From the NCBI GenBank assembly GCA_028224375.1, contig JAOIVW010000014.1, forward strand, positions 8,767 through 72,766: 64,000 nucleotides of DNA, given 5' to 3'. The stretch is from Hellea sp. Its GTDB lineage: Bacteria; Pseudomonadota; Alphaproteobacteria; Caulobacterales; Maricaulaceae. The translations under genes were made by a program, and so were the position numbers. Of this stretch, positions 1 through 8,412 are shown piece after piece. Below the pieces are notes generated by a model, which worked only from the letters and a program-made list of their open reading frames with translations, ran no database searches and was not told where the DNA came from. Numbering within the stretch: the stretch's first letter is position 1; every line of letters starts with the position of its first letter.

Positions 1-1
1 T

Positions 2-202
2 GGTCACTACCGAGGCTATTTAACGGGCAGGTCAGGAATTAAGTCTATTCCGCCTGAATATGGCCATAGCGAAGATTGCATGACTGATTTTTTGGTTAAA
101 GAGGGCTATACCGACACGGAAGGCCGCGCTTTCATGACTAAACGCTCATCTCTGTCAGGCCTTAATCGCATGTATGAAAATGAGGCTTGGCTGCTTGCGT
201 GA
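2..202 (+). CDS. 3' end of a gene truncated by the window edge, function unknown
   Basis: Open frame from position 2 (GHYRGYLTGRSGIKSIPPEYG...NEAWLLA) ending TGA at 200-202; translated by hand. Confidence 0.5.
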   Translation, partial: GHYRGYLTGRSGIKSIPPEYGHSEDCMTDFLVKEGYTDTEGRAFMTKRSSLSGLNRMYENEAWLLA

Positions 203-344
203 TTAAGCTGGTTATAAAACTCTGAGGTCTTTGAACTATATTTTAAAAACATTGCAATCGTGGTATCGGTGGAGATACTGACGATTGAAAATATAGAAAG
301 CATCCGCTCAAAATTGATAGCAGATGCAAATATAAGGATGCCTC

Positions 345-899
345 ATGCCCAATAGACCTCTCAAAACATTTACCGCTCTCGCAATCGCAAGCTGTTTTTC
401 TTTCGCAGCGTTTGCAGGCATTGAGAATTTTCACAAAGGAACCGTCATTACGGACTTTGGTGAAGTTGCCACAATTGATGCTGATATGGTCATTCCAAAG
501 AATGCTAAATTTAAGATTTCGTTTGATACCGTCAAAGACGCAAAGCCTGGTGAGGTCAACAAAACGCTCAATACTGCGGCTCGTTTTCTCAACATGCATG
601 CCGAGGCGGGTGTGGCCAAGAAGAATATGAAGCTTGCCGTTGTGTTTCATGGTAAAGGCTCCGTAGATGTGACCCAGGCCAGCTATTACGGCGAAAAATA
701 TGATGGTGTTGAAAATGCAAATGCAGCACTCATTAAAGCTTTAACTGAAAATGGCGTCCGGGTTATTTTGTGCGGTCAATCGGCAGCCTATTATGACATT
801 TCAAATGAAGATCTATTGCCGGGCGTAGAAATGGCATTATCCGCCATGACAGCCCATGCGCTGCTTCAGCAAGAGGGTTACACGCTAAATCCGTTTTGA
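345..899 (+). CDS. DsrE/DsrF-like family protein, exported
   Basis: Signal peptide (…FSFAAFA); motifs AARFLNMH, VVFHG, GVRVILCGQS, LQQEGY typical of DsrE-like proteins. Confidence 0.75.
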   Translation: MPNRPLKTFTALAIASCFSFAAFAGIENFHKGTVITDFGEVATIDADMVIPKNAKFKISFDTVKDAKPGEVNKTLNTAARFLNMHAEAGVAKKNMKLAVVFHGKGSVDVTQASYYGEKYDGVENANAALIKALTENGVRVILCGQSAAYYDISNEDLLPGVEMALSAMTAHALLQQEGYTLNPF

Positions 900-1156
900 G
901 TTTCATGGCTGAGTGAACCGTAAGGCGTACTTATGCGAGGCGGTTTTTTGTCCAGGGTGAGTTCGGCGTCGCTATTAGATAATTCGTAAGCCTCACAGAG
1001 TTGAATTCAATTTGGCTTGTGCCGCGCTCAAAACCATTTATCGCGCATTTGTGCAGCGCTTTGGTCATCTTTGCATAGGGTTTCTGCCCAGTCACTTTAA
1101 AGCGTAGCATCCAGAGCACGTAAGTTCATCTAGGCCGAGACGATATGGCCTATATA

Positions 1157-1231
1157 ATCTGAATGCGTAAGAATTGTTGTTAAAAATACGCAAAAGACAT
1201 AAACTTTGTCTCTTAAATTCCATTTTGCGTA
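1157..1231. promoter_or_regulatory. Operator array A (3 boxes) upstream of kstD
   Basis: ATCTGAATGCGTA (1157), TACGCAAAAGACA (1187, reverse), TCCATTTTGCGTA (1219); same motif in 7 other intergenic regions. Confidence 0.8.
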
Positions 1232-1313
1232 ATAAAATGAAGAAATATTGTGTTTTTCATTGCAGACTATCTAAGCTTACGGTCTAATAAAAGAAAAACG
1301 AGGTGAGGGGTCA

Positions 1314-2978
1314 ATGGACTCAATTGATGTTGATGTTTTGGTGGTTGGGTCGGGGGCTGGCGCTTTAACGGCGGCTATCACTGCACATGACCATGGCGGC
1401 AAGGTTCTGGTGGTTGAAAAGTCCGATATGTATGGCGGAACTTCGGCCACGTCGGGGGGCGGCATTTGGATTCCGTGCAATCACCTTATGGCCGAACATG
1501 GCGAGAGCGATACGCCCGAAGCCGCGCTGGAATATATGAAAGCGTGTATTGGCGACGCGGTTTCTGAGGACAGACTTAAAACTTATGTCGAAAATGCGCC
1601 GAAAATGCTCAAAGATATGGAGGATAAGTCTGATGTATGCTTCGTCTCCACGCCTTATGCGGATTACTTGACTGAAAAACCTGGCAGCAAAGAGGGGTGG
1701 CGCACGCTGGACCCTATTCCGTTATCGGCGACAAAGCTTGGCAAAGAATTTCTAAACATGCGTCCACCGCATCCGCAGACCATATTTGGCGGATTTACGA
1801 TTACAATTGCGGAGGCGCAGACAATTATCACCCGTCAAAAGGGATGGAAGTGGATCATGGCCAAGCTGATGATTTCTTATCGCCTCGATATTCCGATGCG
1901 GATGAAATCTAAACGTCACCGCCGCCTCTGTTTGGGCAATGCTCTGGTGGGGCGGTGCCTAACCTCTGTGTTCAAACGCAAAATTCCAGTCTGGCGCGAA
2001 GCTCCTCTGAAATCACTTATCGAAACAGACGGTAAAGTTACGGGCGCTATCATTTCCAAAGACGGGCAGGACTTTCGCGTCAACACCGCCAAAGGCGTTA
2101 TCCTGGCTGCGGGCGGGTTTGAGCAAAATCCTGAAATGCGTGCAAAGCATTTACCAGGCCCAACGGATACAAAATGGAGCGCCACGCCGGGGCAGAATAC
2201 GGGCGACGCGCATAGAGCCGCCGAGGCTGTTGGCGCAAAGCTGACCCTCATGGACGCCGCTTGGTGGGGGCCCTCTGTGCGCTTGCCGCGTGATGACCGT
2301 TCGCGTGTTCTCTTTGCCGAGCGCGCATTGCCGGGTATTTATATCGTCAATGAAAAGGGCGAGCGTTTCCTCAATGAAGCGGCGAGCTATGACGAGGTTG
2401 GGCGGCAGCTCCAAGCGCACCCGAAAACAAGCTGGGTGATTTTTGACCGCAGCGCGAGAGAGAAATATGGCATCGGTCCGCTTTACCCCACGGCCGTTCA
2501 TCCTGATTCAAAATGGAATGACTCCATCAAGGCTGTGGTTAAGAAAGCGGACACGATTGAAGACCTTTCAGGCCTTATGGGCGTGGATGCGGATGGCCTT
2601 CAAGAAACTGTTGATAAGGTCGCGAAATATTCAGAGACCGGCATTGATGAAGACTATGCCACGGGCAGCGCAGCCTATGATCGTTATTATGGTGATCCGT
2701 CCGTTACGCCTAATCCTTGCCTTGCGCCGCTCGCCAAAGCGCCGTTTTATGCTTTCCCCGTTTATCCGGGCGATATCGGCACCAAGGGCGGGGTGGATGT
2801 CGATGTGAATGCTCAGGCGCTGAACAAAGAGGGTAAGCCCATTGCGGGGCTTTATGCGACAGGCAACACGGCATCATCTGTCATGGGTTATACTTACCCC
2901 GGAGCAGGCTCGACAATTGGTCCGGCCATGACCTTTGGCTATGTGGCCGCGAAACACATGATGGGAGCTAACAGCTAA
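1314..2978 (+). CDS. kstD: 3-ketosteroid Delta1-dehydrogenase (FAD)
   Basis: VVGSGAGA FAD motif, GGTSATSGGGIWIP, YADY, GDIGTKGG, YPGAGSTIG; RBS GAGG upstream. Confidence 0.85.
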   Translation: MDSIDVDVLVVGSGAGALTAAITAHDHGGKVLVVEKSDMYGGTSATSGGGIWIPCNHLMAEHGESDTPEAALEYMKACIGDAVSEDRLKTYVENAPKMLKDMEDKSDVCFVSTPYADYLTEKPGSKEGWRTLDPIPLSATKLGKEFLNMRPPHPQTIFGGFTITIAEAQTIITRQKGWKWIMAKLMISYRLDIPMRMKSKRHRRLCLGNALVGRCLTSVFKRKIPVWREAPLKSLIETDGKVTGAIISKDGQDFRVNTAKGVILAAGGFEQNPEMRAKHLPGPTDTKWSATPGQNTGDAHRAAEAVGAKLTLMDAAWWGPSVRLPRDDRSRVLFAERALPGIYIVNEKGERFLNEAASYDEVGRQLQAHPKTSWVIFDRSAREKYGIGPLYPTAVHPDSKWNDSIKAVVKKADTIEDLSGLMGVDADGLQETVDKVAKYSETGIDEDYATGSAAYDRYYGDPSVTPNPCLAPLAKAPFYAFPVYPGDIGTKGGVDVDVNAQALNKEGKPIAGLYATGNTASSVMGYTYPGAGSTIGPAMTFGYVAAKHMMGANS

Positions 2979-3013
2979 TTTTTAACAGGCCGATAATTTA
3001 ACAGGAGAAAACT

Positions 3014-3310
3014 ATGTCATTTGCAGGAACTTGGAATGTTGTCATGAAAACGCCGATGGGTGACCGCGAGGCTGTCATGGTGATGGCAGAAGATGGGAAT
3101 AGCCTATCGGGCACTATGGAAGCCGATGGAAACACAATCGAGATCCAAGAGGGCAAGCTCGAAGATGGCCGCGGAAAATGGAAAGCGGACCTGACGCAAC
3201 CTATGCCCATTACGCTTGAATTTGATGTTGGCGTTGATGGTGATGCCATGGAAGGTACGGTCAAGCTCGGCATGTTTGGGAACTCTGCGGTGACCGGAAC
3301 GCGCGCTTAA
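3014..3310 (+). CDS. Small beta-rich hypothetical protein, co-transcribed with kstD
   Basis: 98 aa, RBS AGGAG; GTWNVVMKTPMG...G.VKLGMFG pattern. Confidence 0.75.
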   Translation: MSFAGTWNVVMKTPMGDREAVMVMAEDGNSLSGTMEADGNTIEIQEGKLEDGRGKWKADLTQPMPITLEFDVGVDGDAMEGTVKLGMFGNSAVTGTRA

Positions 3311-3334
3311 ATACCCATAGCTAAGGGGACTGCC

Positions 3335-4930
3335 ATGTTTAAGAAGATACTCGTTATTCTGGCCATTCTGCTGGTTGCGGGCTTCATCTTTGCCAAGGTG
3401 AAGTTCAAAAAAGTGGCGTCCTCTGATTTTGATTTCTCGACTGCACAAACGCCTAACTTGGCGTCGCTCATTAAAACCCGCCCCGCTGATGCTCCGCCGC
3501 CTAATGTGGTTATCTTGCTCGCCGATGATCTGGGCTGGGCCGATGTTGGCTATCATGGCAGTGATATTAAGACCCCTAATATTGACCGCTTGGCCAAAGA
3601 GGGCATGCAGCTTGACCGTTTCTACGCCACGCCCTTTTGCACGCCGACACGCGCAGCTCTGATGACCGCGCGCGATCCGATTAAGCTCGGCGCAGCTCAT
3701 GCTGTTTTCATGGCTTGGGATAATGGCGGTATCTCGCCGACGGAACGTTTCATGCCTGAAGACTTTAAAGAGGCTGGCTATGATACAGCCATGATTGGCA
3801 AATGGCATTTGGGCCATACGATAGAACAGCACACGCCCAATGCGCGCGGCTTTGATCATTTTTATGGGCATTTTAATACGGACGTTCTCTATTTTGATCA
3901 CACATTTGCAGGGGGTCACGACTTCCAAGAAAACGGTAAACCCGTTGATCATGACGGCGAATATGCCACCAATATTCACGGCAATGAGGCCAGCCGCTAC
4001 ATTGAAGAAATGCGCGACCCTAATAAGCCGTTCTTCCTTTATGTCCCTTTCCTAGCCCCGCATTCGCCCATGGAAGCCAAGGATGAGGATAAGGCCAAAT
4101 ATCCCGCCCGCCTCGACACGCCGCGTCACCCCGCCAAGACCTATGCCGCGATGGTCGATAGTATGGACCAAGCCATTGGCAGCATCCTAGACAGCCTCGA
4201 CGCGCAAGGCGTGGCGGATAATACCATCGTGCTCTTCTTCTCTGATAATGGCGGTTATTATAATTTCGGCGGTGTCAATAAACCTCTGCGCGGGGGTAAG
4301 CTCGAAGCCTATGAAGGCGGGGTGAGGGTGACCTCCGTCATACGTTGGCCTGACGTCTTGCCCGCCAATACCGTCAATGAAAACGTCATTTCCGTCATGG
4401 ATGTCTATCCGACTTTGATGGAGGCGACCGGCGTAACGCCCAATTATAAAAAGAAAATCGACGGCATAGACCGCTGGGACGCGGTGACGGGTACGGGCAA
4501 GAAAGATCGCGGCGAGCCGCTGATTTTTACCTCCAATGTGCCCATCTATAATGAGTTTAAATATGGCGTGCTAGACGGGCCGTGGAAGCTCGTCCAATAT
4601 GTCAATCACGAACGCCGCACGACAGAGGTCAAGACCGAGCTGTTTAACGTCTGGACAGACCCGAATGAAGCCGAGGATATTTCGGCGGCAAATCCAGAGC
4701 AGGTGACACGCTTAACGAAGATATTAGATAAGCGCCTCGCGCTTCACCCCATTGGCGGACAATATGTAAAAATCCAGCCCCATCCCGGTTGGCGCGCGCC
4801 CAATGATTATGCTGATGTGGTTATTCCAGCCGACCAAGTCCTACCCGATATGTGGGACGGTTTCGGCCCGCTCGCAACAGGGGTCTTGCAGCAAACGCAC
4901 GGCGAAAAGGGGCGGATAAAATATGACTAA
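3335..4930 (+). CDS. Formylglycine-dependent (S1) sulfatase, N-terminally anchored/exported
   Basis: PNVVILLADDLG, CTPTRAALMT signature, GKWHLG, SDNGG; hydrophobic N-terminus. Confidence 0.92.
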   Translation: MFKKILVILAILLVAGFIFAKVKFKKVASSDFDFSTAQTPNLASLIKTRPADAPPPNVVILLADDLGWADVGYHGSDIKTPNIDRLAKEGMQLDRFYATPFCTPTRAALMTARDPIKLGAAHAVFMAWDNGGISPTERFMPEDFKEAGYDTAMIGKWHLGHTIEQHTPNARGFDHFYGHFNTDVLYFDHTFAGGHDFQENGKPVDHDGEYATNIHGNEASRYIEEMRDPNKPFFLYVPFLAPHSPMEAKDEDKAKYPARLDTPRHPAKTYAAMVDSMDQAIGSILDSLDAQGVADNTIVLFFSDNGGYYNFGGVNKPLRGGKLEAYEGGVRVTSVIRWPDVLPANTVNENVISVMDVYPTLMEATGVTPNYKKKIDGIDRWDAVTGTGKKDRGEPLIFTSNVPIYNEFKYGVLDGPWKLVQYVNHERRTTEVKTELFNVWTDPNEAEDISAANPEQVTRLTKILDKRLALHPIGGQYVKIQPHPGWRAPNDYADVVIPADQVLPDMWDGFGPLATGVLQQTHGEKGRIKYD

Positions 4931-5665
4931 CATCAAAATGACCCGCTCAAGCGAAGCTTGGGCTGTAGTGGTCATTTCGATGCTCTTCGGTTTACCCGCA
5001 CAAGCGAAGCGAGGGCTGACACTGCGTTGCAGCGCACTGAGTTGTGATGATGATGCTCTCTCGTTAATGAGCTGTTCTTAAGACAGACGCCATTCTTGGA
5101 GGACTTCGACGCTAGATTGCGAAGCCAGGAATTTCATTGCGCGCCACATCCAACGCAGGTTGGGTTGGCGGGCGGCAACCTGCCTCAAAAAGAGGACAGC
5201 CCGCGGGGTCGGCATCCTGATGGATACCAAAGTGATTTATGTGTTTTACAGGGTGCAAACCCCGCGGCAGTGATCTTTCTGTGGAGGCCCGGTAATCGCG
5301 AAGTTACGGACTGTACGATGGCTGTCGCCACCTGACCGCATCGCTCGGGCGTCTTATCTTCGTCTCCACAGAGGCCCGGCACAATCGGGGGCGTTAATCC
5401 CCAATGCTCAGCCTCACTGTCTCGAATGGCAGTAAGTAACGTCTTACTTGTCCTAAGTGATTTTTTAATCTGTGTATTTGCAAAGCAAATGCACGAGCAA
5501 AATGCACGAACCATTCGAAAACCTATGTTGTTCATATGTCGTCGATAGCGCCCCTTTCCAAATCTTGTGCATTTACCAAAGTAAATACACGGGGTCAGGG
5601 CCAATCCCCGACACAGAACAATTGTAAAGATAAAGGCAAATAGGAGAGCGAGGATTTATCTCTGA
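4931..5665 (+). ncRNA. Candidate large structured non-coding RNA or non-autonomous palindromic element
   Basis: No credible ORF; nested helices 4931-4943/4970-4982, 5155-5162/5176-5183, 5201-5209/5259-5267, 5212-5219/5249-5256, 5276-5288/5362-5374, 5471-5497/5564-5591; most wobbles read as G-U on the + strand. Confidence 0.45.
4946..4956 (+). repeat. 11-bp direct repeat, left copy (CTCAAGCGAAG)
   Basis: Identical to 7863-7873; a partial third copy CAAGCGAAG at 5001-5009. Confidence 0.55.
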
Positions 5666-5769
5666 TTTTTCTTTGTAAGTGTTTGAGTTTGTTGGGGTTT
5701 TGAATTTGGAAAGTTAGGATTGAGTTGGGTTTCGTGTTTTTGGGAGGCAATTTAGGGCGCATAATCCAT

Positions 5770-7656
5770 TTAACAGGCGTTAGCTTCCTTATTGGCCTGC
5801 GGAAGATTTGGAATAATACGTGTAATTCTCAGTCCCTGATAACCGCCTAATGCAGCAGCGCGGGCTTCTAAGGACTCTCGTAGTCGAACGGCCCAATCTC
5901 TTTCAGTCTCCAAGTTTTTACCGGCTTGGAGACTACCAGATTCGTATCGGCTGTTGAGAGCATATTGGACCTCTCGCCAATTAGTTTTTGGTATACTGAA
6001 CCACGTATCAATGAATTTTTCTTCGGCAATGTAATGGAGAACAGGCACTGATGCGTATTTGCCTACGTCTCGCATGTGGCAAATCAGTTGCGTGAATTTC
6101 ACGATATCTGTTTCTAAGGCATCCAAGATTTCTTCGGCAATTTGGCTACTCTGGTTTTCAAACGCCAAGACCCGAGCCTCGTTCAGGTGCTTGTAAACTT
6201 TATTAAAATTATCGCGGTATGAGTCATCTACCCAATAACCGCATCCATAGCTCTGTTCGAACCGATGGCTCTGCGGCCATCGCCAATCTGTAGGTCTAGG
6301 CGGCAGATTGGCGCTTTTAAGTAAATCGTCAATATATCCGCAGCAGGAACTTTCTACTGCTGCAATGTCGTCCGTGATAATGCCATGTTGGGACATCATA
6401 AACCGCAGTGCGAACATGTGTAACATGGTGCCAATATCATGTTCAGATCTGTTTTCGAATTGATCAAGCAGGTCTTCTTTAGCTTGTTCGACAACCCCGT
6501 CATCGAATTCATCAAAATACCAAAACTTGCGCCATGCAGGGTTGGAGGATTTCAAATATTTCGACTTTAGTAATTGTTGATTTAACGTGTCTGGCTCAAT
6601 CAAACCAGATTGAAGTATGTCAATCCACATAGTCACAGGAATAACTGTGTCGTAACCACCATATTTTTCTGAGTATTTCTGTAGTGCTTTATATTTCTCA
6701 GGAGGTTCCTTATCCTTGTCCCTATGAAGTGCAAATACTGTTGAGTTGTCGCTCGTGTGTTTTCCGCTAATTAAGTCTTTAGGGCCGAGGCCTCTTCTTC
6801 CCAAATCTAGCTTGAACTCAGTGAAAAACACAAAGAACTGTTCAGTTAGGTTTTGAAGAAAATAATTATTGTCCAGATATTCTTTATTTATCGCTGCTAA
6901 TAATGCTGTGAAATGCCATATAAATTGCCGTAATGCCCGTAGATTTTGGTGGCCACTTTTGTGGAATAATTCAATAATTTGCGCTGATTGAGTACGAATT
7001 ATCCCGCGAACATCTTTATTATCTACTTCACTAACGAACGATTCCAACGCTTCGTCTGGTTGCGCGTTTAATAAAAAACGATGCCCAATCACTTTCTCTT
7101 TAAAACTATCAAATTTCTTTTTTTTCTTGCCTTCCATTTTTTCTGCGTTGGCGACGAACAATATACGTGCGTCTCCATGCTCGATGAACTGGTTTGCAAA
7201 ACCAAGAAATTCTGTCATTGGAATGGAACAGCGTTCTAGGTCATCGAAAATAATCAAAGCATCATTTAAATTTTGAGATATTTTCTCTACAAATTTGTTA
7301 AGGCCTTTAAAATTTGTATCAAGAGATCCGTCCGATTTGTCATCTCCATTCAGATCGAACCTCAGCGCTCCTTTAAGTAAAGCGCCCGCAACTGATGCTC
7401 CTCGATGTATTGTTTTTTGAGCCACATTTGCTGAAGCAAAAAAAAGCCGCGTTTCCAAATCTTGTATCGATTTCACACCAAATAACGATAAGTATATAGT
7501 TCTTTTCTTGGTAAATTCTTCATTTGAAAGAATAGAATTGATGAAATGGGTCTTGCCTGCACCCCATTTCCCTTCGATTAACACACCAAACTTTGGAGGC
7601 GTTTGTGCATTAGTCCATTTCTGAAGGAAGTTTTCGATTTCAGTTCTTGAATTCAT
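5770..7656 (-). CDS. KAP-family P-loop NTPase
   Basis: Walker A GKWGAGKT, YLSLFG, Walker B LIIFDDLERC, FKEKVIG; visibly AT-richer than neighbours; start placed at MNSRTE (ORF extends to 7701). Confidence 0.8.
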   Translation of the reverse strand: MNSRTEIENFLQKWTNAQTPPKFGVLIEGKWGAGKTHFINSILSNEEFTKKRTIYLSLFGVKSIQDLETRLFFASANVAQKTIHRGASVAGALLKGALRFDLNGDDKSDGSLDTNFKGLNKFVEKISQNLNDALIIFDDLERCSIPMTEFLGFANQFIEHGDARILFVANAEKMEGKKKKKFDSFKEKVIGHRFLLNAQPDEALESFVSEVDNKDVRGIIRTQSAQIIELFHKSGHQNLRALRQFIWHFTALLAAINKEYLDNNYFLQNLTEQFFVFFTEFKLDLGRRGLGPKDLISGKHTSDNSTVFALHRDKDKEPPEKYKALQKYSEKYGGYDTVIPVTMWIDILQSGLIEPDTLNQQLLKSKYLKSSNPAWRKFWYFDEFDDGVVEQAKEDLLDQFENRSEHDIGTMLHMFALRFMMSQHGIITDDIAAVESSCCGYIDDLLKSANLPPRPTDWRWPQSHRFEQSYGCGYWVDDSYRDNFNKVYKHLNEARVLAFENQSSQIAEEILDALETDIVKFTQLICHMRDVGKYASVPVLHYIAEEKFIDTWFSIPKTNWREVQYALNSRYESGSLQAGKNLETERDWAVRLRESLEARAAALGGYQGLRITRIIPNLPQANKEANAC

Positions 7657-7862
7657 ATTGATGGATATAGGTAATGTCTCTAAAGGTACAAGCAGATACA
7701 TTTTTATTCATTCAATAATTATTTGATGTAGATGTTCGGTTTGGCCCACATCTGCCTAAACCCGCACCGAAACAACCCATCACCTCCACATCACGCCCCA
7801 TAAAACAATAGGGGAATATAACGAACAGTTTAGCTAAACCTGCCGTCGCACTTTGAATGGCC

Positions 7863-7873
7863 CTCAAGCGAAG
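7863..7873 (+). repeat. 11-bp direct repeat, right copy (CTCAAGCGAAG)
   Basis: Identical to 4946-4956. Confidence 0.55.
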
Positions 7874-7878
7874 ACCCT

Positions 7879-8388
7879 CTAAGTAAAAGGCTTAGCCCCC
7901 GCAAACTCTGCAGTTTTATCCGTATGCCCGCCGCCTAGGAAATAATGGGTGAGGGCGGGGTCTGGTTCTTTGAAGACGCGCTCGTAAATTCGTTCATAGC
8001 CTGAAGATTTAATGCGCCATTTGCCGTCTTCGCCTTTTTCATATGTGTCGTGATATTCCGCCGCGCCTATGGTCACTAAATTATCTTGGGCGAGGTTCAT
8101 CGCGTAATCGAGGAGACGCCATCGGCCTGTTGCAGAGTTCGGGCCTGTTAAGTCGATAAAGGGCATATGCACGGAATGGCAGCTGACAAATTCAGGATTA
8201 AATGAGCCTTTGACCGCGCCCAAGAAATTATCGCGTCCGCTGACTTTATAGCGGTAGGTCCCGCCGACATAATCAATCTCGACATCGGGCGTGAGAATAC
8301 TCGCGAGTAGTTCCAGATCGCATTTATCAATCCCATTGCAATAATTATATTTAACGCGCTTGATGGCTTCAATGTCTTCAAATGACAT
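7879..8388 (-). CDS. NTF2/SnoaL-like protein, BaiE/Hsh2-type hydroxysteroid dehydratase-like
   Basis: KYNYCNGID, SCHSVHMPFI, ATGRWRLLD, YHDTYEK, GYERIYE resemble BaiE bile-acid 7alpha-dehydratase motifs. Confidence 0.75.
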   Translation of the reverse strand: MSFEDIEAIKRVKYNYCNGIDKCDLELLASILTPDVEIDYVGGTYRYKVSGRDNFLGAVKGSFNPEFVSCHSVHMPFIDLTGPNSATGRWRLLDYAMNLAQDNLVTIGAAEYHDTYEKGEDGKWRIKSSGYERIYERVFKEPDPALTHYFLGGGHTDKTAEFAGAKPFT

Positions 8389-8412
8389 AATGTGTCTCCG
8401 TTTTAAGGATGC

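Noticed and set aside
931-1119. 62-aa minus-strand ORF
   Set aside because: No clear RBS or recognisable family; it could be a gene remnant but cannot be supported.
3104-3979. 291-aa antisense ORF and the many other shadow ORFs in the track
   Set aside because: They lie opposite or out of frame within well-supported genes and carry no motifs.
5096-5604. Short ORFs (79 and 139 aa) in the structured region
   Set aside because: Non-ATG starts, no recognisable motifs, and the sequence is better explained by base-pairing.
4931-5665. Group II intron, hammerhead ribozyme, tmRNA or RNase P identity
   Set aside because: I could not find domain V, CUGAUGA/GAAA cores, tRNA-like ends or the P4 signature by eye; a covariance search is needed.
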